NCBI RefSeq assembly: GCF_000737315.1
Contig: NZ_JMCB01000003.1
Coordinates: 1-64,000, forward strand
Source: Hyalangium minutum
GTDB taxonomy: Bacteria; Myxococcota; Myxococcia; Myxococcales; Myxococcaceae
Reading direction: 5' to 3'
DNA: 64,000 nucleotides
Shown: in pieces, positions 9,975-21,898 of the stretch
Layout of the letters: the number at the start of each line of letters is the position of its first letter
How positions within the stretch are numbered: the first letter of the stretch is position 1
Program-made: the position numbers and the translations under genes
Notes under the pieces: model-generated
The model's input: the letters and a program-made list of their open reading frames with translations, nothing else
Told to the model about the DNA's origin: nothing
Databases searched by the model: none

Positions 9975-11321
9975 GTGGCACTGAATGCCTTCGCCAACAT
10001 TTTCCGCATCGCGGAGCTGCGCAACCGGCTCGCGTACACGCTGGTGCTGCTGGCGGTCTACCGCCTGGGCATCTTCATCAACACGCCGGGCGTGGATCGC
10101 GCGGCGATGAACGCGTTCATGGACGCCCAGAAACAGTCGGGCGGCCTGGTGTCGCTGTTCAACCTGTTCTCCGGTGGCGCGCTGGAGCAGATGTCCATCT
10201 TCGGCCTGGGCATCATGCCGTACGTGTCCGCCTCCATCATCATGCAGCTGCTGGCGGTGGTCATCCCCAGCCTGGAGCGGCTGCAGAAGGAGGGCGCGGC
10301 GGGACGGCAGAAGATCAACCAGTACACTCGCTACGGCTCCATCGTCCTGTCCGTCATCCAGGGCATCGGTATCTCCCGCTGGCTGGCCTCGCTGGGCCGC
10401 AGCGACGCGGGGCAGACCGGCTTCAACCAGATCGTCGTGCCGGATGACAGCGTGTGGTTCACCTTCATGACGGTGATCAGCCTTACCGCTGGCACGGCCT
10501 TCATCATGTGGCTGGGCGAGCGCATCACCGAGCGCGGCATCGGCAACGGCATCTCGCTCATCATCTTCGCCGGCATCATCGCGGGCCTGGTGCCCGCCTC
10601 CAAGCAGCTGTTCGACCTGACGTCGCAGGGCGCCCTCGAGCCTGCGATGCTGGTGGCGCTGGGCGTCTTCATGCTCGTGGTCATCGCGGTCGTGGTCTAC
10701 GTGGAGCGAGGCATGCGGCGCATCCCGGTCCAGTACGCCAAGCGCATGGCGGGGCGGCGGATGTTCGCGGGCCAGGCCACTTACTTTCCGATGAAGGTGA
10801 ACAGCGCGGGCGTGATCCCGCCTATCTTCGCCGGCGCGCTGCTGTCCTTCCCGGCCACGCTGGGCACCTGGTTCCCCTTCCTGAACACGTTCCGCCAGGG
10901 CCTCGAGGGCAACCCGTGGCTCTATGACGGCCTGTTCGTCCTGCTCATCATCTTCTTCGCCTACTTCTACACCGCGCTGACGTTCCGGCCGGATGACGTG
11001 GCCGACAACATCAAGAAGCAGGGTGGCTACATCCCCGGCATCCGCCCGGGCCGCCAGACGGCAGACTTCATCGAGCGCGTGCTCAACCGCATTACCTTCG
11101 GCGGCGCCGTCTACCTGGCCATCATCTGCGTCATCCCCTCCATCATCACCAACACGCTGGGGGTGCGCTTCCAGTTCGGCGGCACCGCGCTGCTGATCGT
11201 CGTCGGCGTGGCGCTGGACACAGTGCAGCAGATCGAGGGCCACCTCATCAGCCGCAACTACGAGGGCTTCGCCGGTCCGCGCGGCCCGCGCATCCGTGGC
11301 CGGGTCCGGGTGGCGGCCTAG
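9975..11321 (+). CDS. secY: Preprotein translocase subunit SecY
   Basis: SIFGLGIMPYVSASIIMQLL, GIGNGISLIIF, IPGIRPG; GTG start at 9975 inferred. Confidence 0.99.
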   Translation: MALNAFANIFRIAELRNRLAYTLVLLAVYRLGIFINTPGVDRAAMNAFMDAQKQSGGLVSLFNLFSGGALEQMSIFGLGIMPYVSASIIMQLLAVVIPSLERLQKEGAAGRQKINQYTRYGSIVLSVIQGIGISRWLASLGRSDAGQTGFNQIVVPDDSVWFTFMTVISLTAGTAFIMWLGERITERGIGNGISLIIFAGIIAGLVPASKQLFDLTSQGALEPAMLVALGVFMLVVIAVVVYVERGMRRIPVQYAKRMAGRRMFAGQATYFPMKVNSAGVIPPIFAGALLSFPATLGTWFPFLNTFRQGLEGNPWLYDGLFVLLIIFFAYFYTALTFRPDDVADNIKKQGGYIPGIRPGRQTADFIERVLNRITFGGAVYLAIICVIPSIITNTLGVRFQFGGTALLIVVGVALDTVQQIEGHLISRNYEGFAGPRGPRIRGRVRVAA

Positions 11322-11473
11322 CCGGTGAGTTTGTTTCACGGACGCCTCTCTCCGGATGGCCGGGGAGGGGCGTCTCGTCGTTCAGGGATAGTCAGTCGTG
11401 CACGGGGAGCGAGTTCGAGGGTTGGCGCCGCGGGCTTCCCGTGCGTTCCTTCGAAGGAGCTGAAGAGGAGCAC

Positions 11474-12121
11474 ATGAACCTGATCCTGTTGGGCCCGCCG
11501 AACGCGGGAAAGGGTACCCAGGCGAAGAATCTGTTCCGGGACTTCCAGATCCCGCAGATCTCCACCGGGGACATCCTCCGCAAGGCCGTGAAGGATGGGA
11601 CGGAGATGGGCAAGATTGCCGGGCCGCTGATGGCCTCGGGCGCCTATGTCCCAGATGACATCGTCATTGGCATCGTCGAGGAGCGGCTCAAGCAGCCGGA
11701 CTGCGCCAACGGCTTCGTGCTGGATGGCTTCCCTCGCACCACTCCCCAGGCGGATGCCCTGGAGCGGATGCTGGCGAAGAACGGCAAGAAGATCGAGGCC
11801 GTGGTCTCGCTCGAGGTGCCGCACGAGAAGCTCATCGAGCGCGGCTCCGGCCGGCGCTCCTGCCCGGTGGATGGCAGCGTCTACCACGTCATCCAGAGCC
11901 CTCCGAAGCGGGCCGGGTTCTGCGACAAGTGCGGCGCGGGCCTTGTCCAGCGTGACGACGATCACCCCGAGGTGATCGAGAAGCGGCTCAAGAAGTACGA
12001 CGCCGAGACGTCGCCGCTGAAGGACTACTACGCCAAGAAGGGCTTGCTGAAGACCATCGACGGCGTGGGGCCCGCCGAGGGTATCTACGCGGAGATCAAG
12101 GCCGCCATCGGGAAGCCCTGA
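11474..12121 (+). CDS. adk: Adenylate kinase
   Basis: MNLILLGPPNAGKGTQ, STGDILR, LDGFPRT. Confidence 0.98.
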   Translation: MNLILLGPPNAGKGTQAKNLFRDFQIPQISTGDILRKAVKDGTEMGKIAGPLMASGAYVPDDIVIGIVEERLKQPDCANGFVLDGFPRTTPQADALERMLAKNGKKIEAVVSLEVPHEKLIERGSGRRSCPVDGSVYHVIQSPPKRAGFCDKCGAGLVQRDDDHPEVIEKRLKKYDAETSPLKDYYAKKGLLKTIDGVGPAEGIYAEIKAAIGKP

Positions 12122-12135
12122 GCGTGTAGATCCCC

Positions 12136-12894
12136 ATGGCCCAAGTCGAGATCAAGAGCGCGGACGAGATCGCCCTCATGCGTGAGGCCGGCCGAATCGT
12201 CTGCGAGATCCTCGACGAGCTCGAGAAGGCCGTGGCCCCGGGGGTTACCACCTGGGACCTGGATGCCCTGGCCGAGAAGCTCATCTACGCCAAGGGAGCC
12301 AAGCCAGCGTTCAAGGGCTACCTCGGCTTCCCGAGCTGCCTGTGTGCGTCCATCAACGAGGAAGTCGTACACGGCATTCCCTCCAAGAAGCGGAAGCTGG
12401 CGGCGGGCGACCTGATGAAGCTGGACTTCGGGGTGGTGTACCGGGGGTTCTTCGGGGACTCGGCGCGCACCGTGCCGGTGGGGAAGGTGGGGCAGGAGGC
12501 CCTGGCGCTCGTTAATGTCACCCGGCAGTCCCTGCAGAAGGGGATTGCCGCGGCGGTACCGGGCAACCGGATCGGCGACATCAGCCACGCGATCCAGAGC
12601 TACGTCGAGGCGCATGGGTATTCCGTGGTGCGCAGCTTCACGGGGCATGGGATCGGCCGCAAGCTCCACGAGAAGCCAGAGGTGCCCAACTACGGTTCGC
12701 CGGGGTCGGGCATGAAGCTCCGTTCGGGAATGACCATCGCCATCGAGCCCATGGTCAACCTGGGAACCGATGAGGTAGGCCTCCTTGAGGACGACTGGAC
12801 GGCGGTGACGCTCGACTCCAAGCTTTCCGCCCACTTCGAACATACCGTGCTGATCACGGATCATGGCCCCGAGGTGCTCACCCGGAGGTCCTAA
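12136..12894 (+). CDS. map: Methionine aminopeptidase type I
   Basis: SINEEVVHGIP, FTGHGIG, AIEPM, AHFEHT. Confidence 0.98.
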   Translation: MAQVEIKSADEIALMREAGRIVCEILDELEKAVAPGVTTWDLDALAEKLIYAKGAKPAFKGYLGFPSCLCASINEEVVHGIPSKKRKLAAGDLMKLDFGVVYRGFFGDSARTVPVGKVGQEALALVNVTRQSLQKGIAAAVPGNRIGDISHAIQSYVEAHGYSVVRSFTGHGIGRKLHEKPEVPNYGSPGSGMKLRSGMTIAIEPMVNLGTDEVGLLEDDWTAVTLDSKLSAHFEHTVLITDHGPEVLTRRS

Positions 12895-12970
12895 GAGGGC
12901 CTGCCCCGGCGAGAAATACGTTGTTATCATGAGGGGTTGGTAGAAGTTTGGAGCGGGCGCTTCTGGGTAC

Positions 12971-12999
12971 TTGCCACTTCGGGACCAAAGTGCTATCCC
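12971..12999 (+). promoter_or_regulatory. Putative sigma70-type promoter upstream of infA
   Basis: TTGCCA, 17 nt spacer, TG-n-TATCCC. Confidence 0.4.
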
Positions 13000-13052
13000 G
13001 CCGCGCTTCCAAGAGTTACTGAGTTACTGGTGGTCCGGAAGAGGGTTTTCGA

Positions 13053-13271
13053 TTGCCGAAGGACGATTCGATCGAAGTTGAGGGGACCGTGATGGAGCCC
13101 CTGCCCAACGCGATGTTCCGCGTGGTGCTAGACAATGGCCACAAGGTGCTCGCGCACATCTCCGGCAAGATGCGGATGCATTTCATCCGTATTCTGCCGG
13201 GCGATAAGGTCAAGGTGGAGCTGTCCCCCTATGACCTGACCCGTGGACGGATCACCTACCGGGCGAAGTAA
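13053..13271 (+). CDS. infA: Translation initiation factor IF-1 (TTG start)
   Basis: [16 protein letters not shown]...[15 protein letters not shown]. Confidence 0.99.
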   Translation: MPKDDSIEVEGTVMEPLPNAMFRVVLDNGHKVLAHISGKMRMHFIRILPGDKVKVELSPYDLTRGRITYRAK

Positions 13272-13343
13272 TCGGGCCCGCCCGCTCTTCAGGCGGGCAG
13301 CCCTTGCAGACTTTTCTAATTCACGAAGGAAGGAAGTAGCGCC

Positions 13344-13460
13344 ATGAAGGTTCGGGCGTCCGTCAAGAAGATTTGCGACAAGTGCAAGGTGATCCGCCGC
13401 AAGGGGATCGTCCGCGTCATCTGCGCCTCCAACCCGCGGCACAAGCAGCGCCAGGGCTAA
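13344..13460 (+). CDS. rpmJ: 50S ribosomal protein L36 (too short for the ORF track)
   Basis: Read directly: [38 protein letters not shown]. Confidence 0.98.
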   Translation: MKVRASVKKICDKCKVIRRKGIVRVICASNPRHKQRQG

Positions 13461-13509
13461 CGGGCAACCGTTGGCTCCAGACCAACTCCACTGAAGAAGG
13501 AATGTAACG

Positions 13510-13896
13510 ATGGCTCGTATCGCCGGTGTCGATCTCCCGCCTGCCAAGCGCGCGGTGATCTCGCTCCAGTACATCTACGGGATCGGTAACAAGACCGCCC
13601 ATGAGATCTGCGCTCACGCGGGGATCGCGCTCGAGACCCGGACCAAGGACCTGACCGATGATCAGGCCCGTAAGATCCGTGAGTACATTGAGGCCAACCT
13701 CAAGGTTGAGGGTGACCTGCGGCGCGAGGTGACGATGAACATCAAGCGTCTGATGGACCTGGGCTGCTACCGGGGCCTCCGTCACCGCAAGGGCCTGCCC
13801 GTCCGCGGCCAGCGCACCCACACCAACGCGCGCACCCGCAAGGGTCCGAAGCGCCGCATCGTTCGCGCCAAGCCGGCTGCTCCGGCGGGCCGCTAG
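13510..13896 (+). CDS. rpsM: 30S ribosomal protein S13
   Basis: [10 protein letters not shown]...[17 protein letters not shown]. Confidence 0.99.
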   Translation: MARIAGVDLPPAKRAVISLQYIYGIGNKTAHEICAHAGIALETRTKDLTDDQARKIREYIEANLKVEGDLRREVTMNIKRLMDLGCYRGLRHRKGLPVRGQRTHTNARTRKGPKRRIVRAKPAAPAGR

Positions 13897-13970
13897 ACGT
13901 TCCTCCCCACTGCGCCAGCGCCGCCTAGGCTCTGGCGTCGATCATCTACTCCTCAGGAGCTCCGACTCTC

Positions 13971-14417
13971 ATGGCTGAAGAAGTCCAGACCCCTGCCGCC
14001 GCCACGACGACCCCCGAGGGTGGTGGCGAGACCGCTGCGGCCAAGAAGGCCAAGCGCAAGGGCAAGAAGAACATCCTCAACGGCGTGGTCCACATCCAGT
14101 CCACGTTCAACAACACCATCATCACGATCACGGACGTGTCCGGGAACGTGATCTCGTGGTCCTCGGCGGGCGCCCGTGGCTTCAAGGGCAGCCGCAAGTC
14201 GACCCCGTTCGCCGCGCAGGTTGCCGCCGGTGACGCCGCCGCCAAGGCCATGGAGCACGGCCTGAAGACGGTGACGGTGCTGGTGAAGGGCCCTGGCGCT
14301 GGCCGCGAGTCCGCGCTGCGCGCCCTGGCCGCCGCTGGCCTGAAGATCACCCTGATCCGCGACGTGACGCCCATCCCGCACAACGGCTGCCGTCAGCCGA
14401 AGCGCCGCCGCGTCTAA
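13971..14417 (+). CDS. rpsK: 30S ribosomal protein S11
   Basis: [11 protein letters not shown]...RKSTPFAAQ...[11 protein letters not shown]. Confidence 0.99.
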   Translation: MAEEVQTPAAATTTPEGGGETAAAKKAKRKGKKNILNGVVHIQSTFNNTIITITDVSGNVISWSSAGARGFKGSRKSTPFAAQVAAGDAAAKAMEHGLKTVTVLVKGPGAGRESALRALAAAGLKITLIRDVTPIPHNGCRQPKRRRV

Positions 14418-14480
14418 TTCCCTCATCCGGGTCCTGCCTGAGAGGGCAGGGCCCTAGACCACCTCTGAAGGAGAAGTTCC

Positions 14481-15107
14481 TTGGCTCGTTACACCGCCAG
14501 CGCCTGCCGCATCTGCCGGCGCGAGAACCTGAAGATGTACCTTAAGGGCGATCGCTGCTACACGGACAAGTGTGCCATCGAGCGCCGCCCGTATCCCCCC
14601 GGCCAGCACGGCCAGGGCCGCGTGAAGTTCTCCGGCTACGGCGTGCAGCTGCGCGAGAAGCAGAAGGTCAAGCGCATGTACGGCCTGCTCGAGAGCCAGT
14701 TCCGCGGCTACTACCACCGCGCGTCCGCGGCCAAGGGCAAGACGGGTGAGAACCTCCTGCAGCAGCTGGAGCTCCGCCTGGACAACGTGGTGTTCCGCAT
14801 GGGCTTCGCGGACACGCGCAACGAGGCTCGCCAGCTGGTGCGTCACGGCCACTTCAAGGTGAACGGCAAGCGGGTGAACATCCCCTCGTTCGCGGTGAAG
14901 CCGGGCAGCGCCGTCGAGGTGGCCGAGAAGAGCCGCAAGGTTCTGCGCATCTCCGAGGCTCTGGAGACTGTGGACCGCCGCGGCGTGCCGCAGTGGATCG
15001 ACCTGGACAAGAAGGCCTTCAAGGGGACCGTGAAGACGGTGCCGAACCGCGAGGACCTGACCATGCCGATCCAGGAGCAGCTCATCGTGGAGCTCTACTC
15101 CAAGTAG
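14481..15107 (+). CDS. rpsD: 30S ribosomal protein S4 (TTG start)
   Basis: [26 protein letters not shown]. Confidence 0.99.
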   Translation: MARYTASACRICRRENLKMYLKGDRCYTDKCAIERRPYPPGQHGQGRVKFSGYGVQLREKQKVKRMYGLLESQFRGYYHRASAAKGKTGENLLQQLELRLDNVVFRMGFADTRNEARQLVRHGHFKVNGKRVNIPSFAVKPGSAVEVAEKSRKVLRISEALETVDRRGVPQWIDLDKKAFKGTVKTVPNREDLTMPIQEQLIVELYSK

Positions 15108-15293
15108 GCCTGAGGCCCCTCAAGGGCCTGATTGCCTGCTTCAGGCGCCCTGGCGGCCTCCGCCGGGGCGTCGTGCTTCTTTCTGGCCGGTTCGTCCGGC
15201 CTCGGTTAATCGTCGTACCCCCCGCGTCTCCATCCTCCTGCCGTTCTGGCGGGTAAGTCGGTGGTGGAGTGCGCTTCGAGAGGTAGCAACACC

Positions 15294-16340
<1,047 letters not shown>

Positions 16341-16523
16341 TTGTTTCCGTAGGACCTCGGCCCGCGCCGTGACACGGCTTCACGCGGCGCGGGAAGAGGG
16401 GGCCCCTCCCCATAAAAGTGGGGGCCTATTGGCAATAGCGGACCTCGGTGTCGAGTCCGCTCTTCCCACCCGGTACCTGATACGGCCGGTGTGGTGGAGC
16501 CGAGAGGCTCCGGAGTCACGCTC

Positions 16524-16949
16524 ATGCGTCACAAGGTTGGACAGAGGAAGCTTCACCGCACCACGCCGCACCGGCTCGCGATGCTCAACAACATGGTCAC
16601 CTCGCTGCTCGAGCACGAGGCGATCCGCACCACCGTCCCCAAGGCCAAGGAGGCCCGGAAGATGGCGGAGCGGATCATCACGCTCGGCAAGCGCGGCGGG
16701 CTGGCCAATGTTCGTCTGGCTGCCCGAATCGTGAAGGACAAGGACGTCCTCCAGAAGGTCTTCAGCACCTACAAGGACCGCTACGCCAGCCGTAAGGGCG
16801 GCTACACCCGCATCATCAAGCTCGGCTTCCGCCGGGGTGACGCTGCGGAGATGGCCCTCCTGGAGTTGGTGGACCGTCCCGCCAAGGCTGCCCCCGCCGA
16901 GGGTGGTGAGGCCGAGGGTGAGGCGAAGACCGAGGAGAGCAAGGGCTAA
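16524..16949 (+). CDS. rplQ: 50S ribosomal protein L17
   Basis: [10 protein letters not shown]...TTVPKAKE...[15 protein letters not shown]. Confidence 0.99.
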   Translation: MRHKVGQRKLHRTTPHRLAMLNNMVTSLLEHEAIRTTVPKAKEARKMAERIITLGKRGGLANVRLAARIVKDKDVLQKVFSTYKDRYASRKGGYTRIIKLGFRRGDAAEMALLELVDRPAKAAPAEGGEAEGEAKTEESKG

Positions 16950-16980
16950 TCGCCCGGCTCTCACGCCGACGCCGTCACGG

Positions 16981-17017
16981 AGCGTCCTTCCCGCGAGGGA
17001 AGGGCGCTTTCGTGTTT
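16981..17017 (+). terminator. Rho-independent terminator closing the alpha operon
   Basis: AGCGTCCTTCCC-GCGA-GGGAAGGGCGCT stem with GNRA loop, followed by TTCGTGTTT. Confidence 0.8.
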
Positions 17018-17032
17018 CTGGGGGCTGGGCTG

Positions 17033-17701
17033 CTACTCGCCGACGGCCTGGCCGTTCTTCACCAGCTCCGCCTTGCCGTCGTTCGTCTTCATCTCCGCGC
17101 TGACGAAGCGCTCGTCGCCGGGCATGGGCCCCGTGGGGCCCAGCAGGTTCTTGGGCGTGAGCGTGACGTCGCCCCCGGGAGCCACTTTGTCCACGATGGC
17201 CTTGTACTTGCCGTTCACCGTGAAGATGACGTTCTCCCACGGATCGTCATCCGTGTTGCTCACCAGCAGCGCTGGCGACGCCTTGGGGCGATCCGCGTTC
17301 GGCAGCACGATGACTCGCGCACCCAGGTCCGCCGTCTTCACGCCTTGGCCCGGGCAGGCGATCACGATGCTCACCAGCGAGATGAAGGCCCAGCCTCCGA
17401 TGATCCCCGCTTTCGCCTTGAAGAAGCGATCCGAGGACCGGAAGTCCTGGAACATCTCCTTCAGCATCGACAGGCCGTTGAGGAACTGGTTGGACGCCTC
17501 CGAGGCGATCCGCTGGCCTACCTGACCTTCGGCCTTCTTCCCCGCCGGGCCGGCGCGCGCCGCGCTGAGCGCGCGCATGTTCGGGTTGGTCGGCACACGC
17601 GGCATTCCGGGACTGGAGACCGTGCGCTGAGGAGTCGCCGCCGAGTCCGAGGACCCCGCCGGCGGAGCATTGTGATCAGGCACCTTGCGACCGTCGCTCA
17701 T
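17033..17701 (-). CDS. Hypothetical membrane-anchored protein
   Basis: Disordered N-terminus, one hydrophobic segment (IIGGWAFISLVSIVIA), beta-rich C-terminus; co-oriented with the upstream genes. Confidence 0.75.
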   Translation of the reverse strand: MSDGRKVPDHNAPPAGSSDSAATPQRTVSSPGMPRVPTNPNMRALSAARAGPAGKKAEGQVGQRIASEASNQFLNGLSMLKEMFQDFRSSDRFFKAKAGIIGGWAFISLVSIVIACPGQGVKTADLGARVIVLPNADRPKASPALLVSNTDDDPWENVIFTVNGKYKAIVDKVAPGGDVTLTPKNLLGPTGPMPGDERFVSAEMKTNDGKAELVKNGQAVGE

Positions 17702-17737
17702 CGGACAGCCAGTGTAGAGGCGCCGGGCGCCCGGTGG

Positions 17738-19129
17738 CTACTCCTGAGCTTTCACCTGCTGCAGGGCCCTCGAGGCCAGCGCGTTGTCTGGCTGCTCCTC
17801 CAGGACCTTCAGGAGCCACTTCTCCGCCTCCGCGCCCGCTGCCTTGCGATCCTCGGGCTTGCGCGTCCGCGTCGATTGCTCGGCGAAGAGCAGCCCCAGC
17901 CGCAGCGCAAACTCCATGTTCTCCGGGTCTTTTTCGACCACATACCGCAGCTCGCGCTCGGCCGCCGGGAAGTCGCCCTCCAGCTGGTACACCACCGCCA
18001 GCTGGCCCCGCGCGGGCACTGCGTTCGGAGACAGCCACGTGAGGATCTGGAACGCCTCCCGTGCCGCCTTCAGGTCCCGCTTGTCCAGGCTCAGGTTTCC
18101 CAGCCGGAACCAGGCCTCGTCCAGCAGCGGGTTGAAGGCCACCGCCTTGCTGAAGGCCTCCCGCGCCGCCTCCGCCCGCTGCCGCGAGAGGTACAGCTCC
18201 CCTAGGTAGAAGTAGTTCTTGCCGTCCTTGGGCGAGAGCTCGATGGCCTGCTTGAACTCGTCCACTGCCCGCCCCGCGTCGTCCAGCCGCTGGTACGCCA
18301 GCCCCAGCAGCGCGTGCACCACCGCCAGGTCCGGGTAGTCGTGGAGGATCTCCTCGAAGGCCAGGATGGCCTGCTGCGGTACGTCCAGCTCCTGCAGGAA
18401 GCGCATGCCCTCCTCGAGCTTGCCCTCGGCCGCCTTGGGGAAGCTGTTGAACGGGTCCGCGATCTGGTTCATCAGCGCTCGCGCCGTCGTTACCTCCGGA
18501 GGCGTGGGCGCCGCCCGGACCACCGCGTTGAGCGCCGCCACGGCCCCCGCGCTGTCTCCCGTGCGGTGCAGCGCCTTGGCCAGCGGGAGCCGGACGGCGG
18601 CACGAGCCGGGGCCAGCTCGGCGGCGCGGCGCAGCGGGCCCAGCGCGGCGCTGTACTGCTCGGACTCCAGCAGGGCGATGCCCAGGCGGTAGTGGAACTC
18701 GGCCTCGTTGGGGGCCAGGGCGATGGCGCGCTCGAAGGCGGCCACTGCCGGGGCTCCGGCGTCCGAGGCCCGCGAGAAGTACGCCAGCCCGAGCATGTAG
18801 TGGTTCACTGCCCGCTCGGACTGGGTGTTGCGGCGCTGGAGCTCGGCGATCCACGCGTCCGTCCGCCCCGACTTCACCTGCGCTTCCGTGAGGGTGCGCG
18901 CCACGTCGAGATCGCCCGGGCTCTTGGCGTGCAGTTCCTCCAGGAGCGCCAGGGCCTTGGCCGGCTGGTTCTGCTCCATGTAGACGCGGGCCTGCTCGCG
19001 CGGGGTGAGCACCCGCTCCATCGAGGCGCTGTGCTGGCAGCCGGTGAGCAAGGTGCCGCTGAGCACTGCGGCCAGGGTGGTGCAGCGGAGGAGAGAGGCG
19101 CGGCGGAGAGCGAGGGGCTTCACGGTCAA
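17738..19129 (-). CDS. TPR-repeat lipoprotein
   Basis: Lipobox LLTGC; multiple TPR units (AEFHYRLGIALL...AAELAP, EAWFRLGNL). Confidence 0.88.
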   Translation of the reverse strand: MTVKPLALRRASLLRCTTLAAVLSGTLLTGCQHSASMERVLTPREQARVYMEQNQPAKALALLEELHAKSPGDLDVARTLTEAQVKSGRTDAWIAELQRRNTQSERAVNHYMLGLAYFSRASDAGAPAVAAFERAIALAPNEAEFHYRLGIALLESEQYSAALGPLRRAAELAPARAAVRLPLAKALHRTGDSAGAVAALNAVVRAAPTPPEVTTARALMNQIADPFNSFPKAAEGKLEEGMRFLQELDVPQQAILAFEEILHDYPDLAVVHALLGLAYQRLDDAGRAVDEFKQAIELSPKDGKNYFYLGELYLSRQRAEAAREAFSKAVAFNPLLDEAWFRLGNLSLDKRDLKAAREAFQILTWLSPNAVPARGQLAVVYQLEGDFPAAERELRYVVEKDPENMEFALRLGLLFAEQSTRTRKPEDRKAAGAEAEKWLLKVLEEQPDNALASRALQQVKAQE

Positions 19130-19131
19130 GA

Positions 19132-19926
19132 TCAGGAGGTCTTCGAGGCAGGGGGGGACGGTTCGCGGAAGCCTTCGTGCCCCGCGGCGGCGACAGCGTC
19201 CTCGAGGTCTCCGCCCTTGCCGCCGAGTTCCAGGCTCTGGGCGATGATCACTTCCCGGACAGCCCGGGCCAGGCCCTCGCGGTCGTTCGCGGCAAAGGCC
19301 GTGGTGTCGATGGGCTTGCCGATCTTCACGTGGACGGGGCCGGGGACGATGTTCCAGGAGTTCTTGGGCATGATGGAGCCCGTGCCTTCGACGGTGACAG
19401 GACAGATGGGCACGCGGGCCTCAAGTGCCAGGGCGAACGGCCCCTTCTTGAAGGGGAGGATCCGCCCGTCCGGCGAGCGGGTGCCCTCCGGGTACAGGAA
19501 GATGCTGGTGCCGCTGCGGATCTTCTGCCCGGCGCGCTGGAGCGAGGTGATCGCCGCCTGCCGGTTGGAGCGGTTGACGAAGACGTGCCCCGCCACCCAC
19601 AGATACCAGCCGATGAAGGGCACCCACCCCAGCTGGCTCTTGGCCACGTAGCGGAAGGGCACCGGCACCGTGACGAAGTGCGCCGGGATGTCCAGGGTCG
19701 ACTGATGGTTGGAGACGTAGATGGTCGGCCGCTTGGGATCGACGTTCTCCTGGCCGTGCACCACCAGACGGGCACCGCCGGCCCACAGCAGCACAGGCGA
19801 CCACAGGTGGCGGCAGATCCACACCGAGGCGTCCCCACCGAGCAACAGAGCGGTCAGGGAGGCGAACGGGAACAGGAACGCCGTCCACGCGCCCGCAACG
19901 AACATGCAGAAGAGTTTACGTGGCAT
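19132..19926 (-). CDS. plsC: 1-acyl-sn-glycerol-3-phosphate acyltransferase (PlsC family)
   Basis: NHQSTLD (HX4D), YPEGTRS, PFKKG. Confidence 0.93.
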   Translation of the reverse strand: MPRKLFCMFVAGAWTAFLFPFASLTALLLGGDASVWICRHLWSPVLLWAGGARLVVHGQENVDPKRPTIYVSNHQSTLDIPAHFVTVPVPFRYVAKSQLGWVPFIGWYLWVAGHVFVNRSNRQAAITSLQRAGQKIRSGTSIFLYPEGTRSPDGRILPFKKGPFALALEARVPICPVTVEGTGSIMPKNSWNIVPGPVHVKIGKPIDTTAFAANDREGLARAVREVIIAQSLELGGKGGDLEDAVAAAGHEGFREPSPPASKTS

Positions 19927-20099
19927 ACGAGGCTTGAGAGTGTGAGCCTGCCATACCCAGGGCCCTCGCGCGGCTTCGTCGAGAGGGTCTTTTCGGACGG
20001 CCTTCCTGCCGCCCCGGAGGGGAGGCAGGTTCTAACACGCCCAGTCCATGCCTTTGGGACTGGTATGCGCCGCCCGGTGCGGCTACAAGCAGGGGTGGC

Positions 20100-20714
20100 G
20101 TGGCCAGGAAAAAGTTCATCGCCGTCGCGGGTAATATTGGCGCCGGGAAGACGGAGCTCACCTCGTTCCTCTGCCGGAAGTACGGCTTGACGCCGTACTT
20201 CGAGCCGAACGACCAGAACCCCTACCTGGCCGACTTTTACAAGGACATGAAGAAGTGGGCCTTCCGCTCACAGATCTTCTTTTTGACCCATAAGTTCCGG
20301 CTGCACCGCGAGCTGGAGCGTCAGCCCGGAACGGTATTGCAGGACCGGACCATCTACGAGGACGCGGAGATCTTCGCCAAGAACCTTCACCGGCAGCGCT
20401 TCATCGACAAGCGGGACTGGCAGATGTACCGGGAGCTGTACGAGACGGTGGCCCAGGTGCTCACCCCGCCGGATCTGATGATCTACCTGCGCTGCCCCGT
20501 GCAGACCCTCAAGGAGCGCATCCGCCTGCGAGGCCGCGTCATGGAGAAGGACATCCCCACGCTCTACCTCAAGCGCCTGAACGCCCTCTATGAGGAGTGG
20601 TTCAGCCACTACAAGATGTCGCCCGTGCTCGTGCTGCCGACCGACAAGCTCGACTACCTCACCAACCTGGTGGATCGCGTGGATCTGTTCCGCCAGATCG
20701 AGAAGCACCTGTGA
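20100..20714 (+). CDS. Deoxynucleoside kinase family
   Basis: IAVAGNIGAGKT, QDRTIYED, PDLMIYL. Confidence 0.92.
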   Translation: MARKKFIAVAGNIGAGKTELTSFLCRKYGLTPYFEPNDQNPYLADFYKDMKKWAFRSQIFFLTHKFRLHRELERQPGTVLQDRTIYEDAEIFAKNLHRQRFIDKRDWQMYRELYETVAQVLTPPDLMIYLRCPVQTLKERIRLRGRVMEKDIPTLYLKRLNALYEEWFSHYKMSPVLVLPTDKLDYLTNLVDRVDLFRQIEKHL

Positions 20715-21886
20715 AGGAGGTCTACGTCCTCGCCGTCGAGTCGTCTGCTCCCATCCCGTTGGAGGAGCTGCGCCCCGCGTTCGAGTCGGAAGACGTGCGC
20801 TTCGCGATGCTGGAGGGCGGGAACGGTTTCTCCGTCCATGCTGAGGGCACTCAGGTCGAGGTGCGCTTCGACACCCAGCGGCCCACGAAGGGCGTGGATC
20901 CCCGCCTGCTCACTGGCAGCGAGGAGGCTCAGAAGGCGTTCCAGCGCACCCAGGGCTATTACTGGCTCTCCGTGGAGCCGGGCTCCGGGCCTCAGCCCAC
21001 CGTGCCCGTTTTCGAGGCCCTGTGGTGCGCGCGCACGCTGATGGAGCAGACGCAGGGCGTGCTGCTGGACCTCACCGCGTACAAGCTGCACGACGTGGCG
21101 GACGTGGTGGAGATCACCGAGCTGGACTTCGACATTCGCGACCACGTCAACCTGCACGCCGTGGCCGCCATCGAGGGCGATACGCCCCTGTGGGTGCACT
21201 CGCACGGCATGGAGAAGTTCGGCACCCGGGACTTGGAGATCTTCCACCTGGGCGAGGAGGACCTGCTGGCCGCGGAGATGTTCCTCCATGAGCTGTGCAC
21301 GGACATGGCCTTCGGCCAGGGCCCCGGCGCTCGCAAGGAAGTGCATACCAGCGAGGGCCAATCCTTCCGGCTCGTGCCCTCCGAGGAGGCCCGGGTGAAC
21401 CTGCTCGGCGTCCCGCTGGAGACCTTCGAGGGCCACGAGGCCCTGTTCCTCAGCGTCGTGTCCCCGCTGGGCCGGCACAACACCGCCGAGTTGCTGCGCC
21501 CCTACCGCGAGCGCTTCGTCCCCGAGCCCGAGGAGCGCACCGAGTCCCTCCGGCTCGAGGCCCAGGCCCTGCTGCCTGCCTTCAAGGCCCGCTTCGGCCG
21601 CAAGGGGCTCATGGAGCCGCTCACCTTCCTGGTGCGAGCGCCCTTCGAGACCCACCCCGAGGGCCAGGCCGTCGAGGAGAACCTCTGGCTGGAGGTGGTG
21701 GCCTGGGAAGAGGGCACCGTGGTGGGCAAGCTCGTGGATGGCGCCGTCCACACCACCGAGTGGCGCAAGGGCGCTCACGTGGAGGTGGATGAGGAGCACA
21801 TCAACGCGCTCGCCATCAGCCACGAGGGCCGCACGCTGGACGAGGAAGAGATCCGCGCGCTGCTCATTGCCGAACGGCCCATGTAG
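20711..21886 (+). CDS. Hypothetical protein with DUF2314/YegJ-like C-terminal domain
   Basis: GTGA overlap with dNK; C-terminal FLVRAPF...ENLWLEV...GKL resembles DUF2314. Confidence 0.7.
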   Translation: MKEVYVLAVESSAPIPLEELRPAFESEDVRFAMLEGGNGFSVHAEGTQVEVRFDTQRPTKGVDPRLLTGSEEAQKAFQRTQGYYWLSVEPGSGPQPTVPVFEALWCARTLMEQTQGVLLDLTAYKLHDVADVVEITELDFDIRDHVNLHAVAAIEGDTPLWVHSHGMEKFGTRDLEIFHLGEEDLLAAEMFLHELCTDMAFGQGPGARKEVHTSEGQSFRLVPSEEARVNLLGVPLETFEGHEALFLSVVSPLGRHNTAELLRPYRERFVPEPEERTESLRLEAQALLPAFKARFGRKGLMEPLTFLVRAPFETHPEGQAVEENLWLEVVAWEEGTVVGKLVDGAVHTTEWRKGAHVEVDEEHINALAISHEGRTLDEEEIRALLIAERPM

Positions 21887-21898
21887 GCTCCGCGCTCC

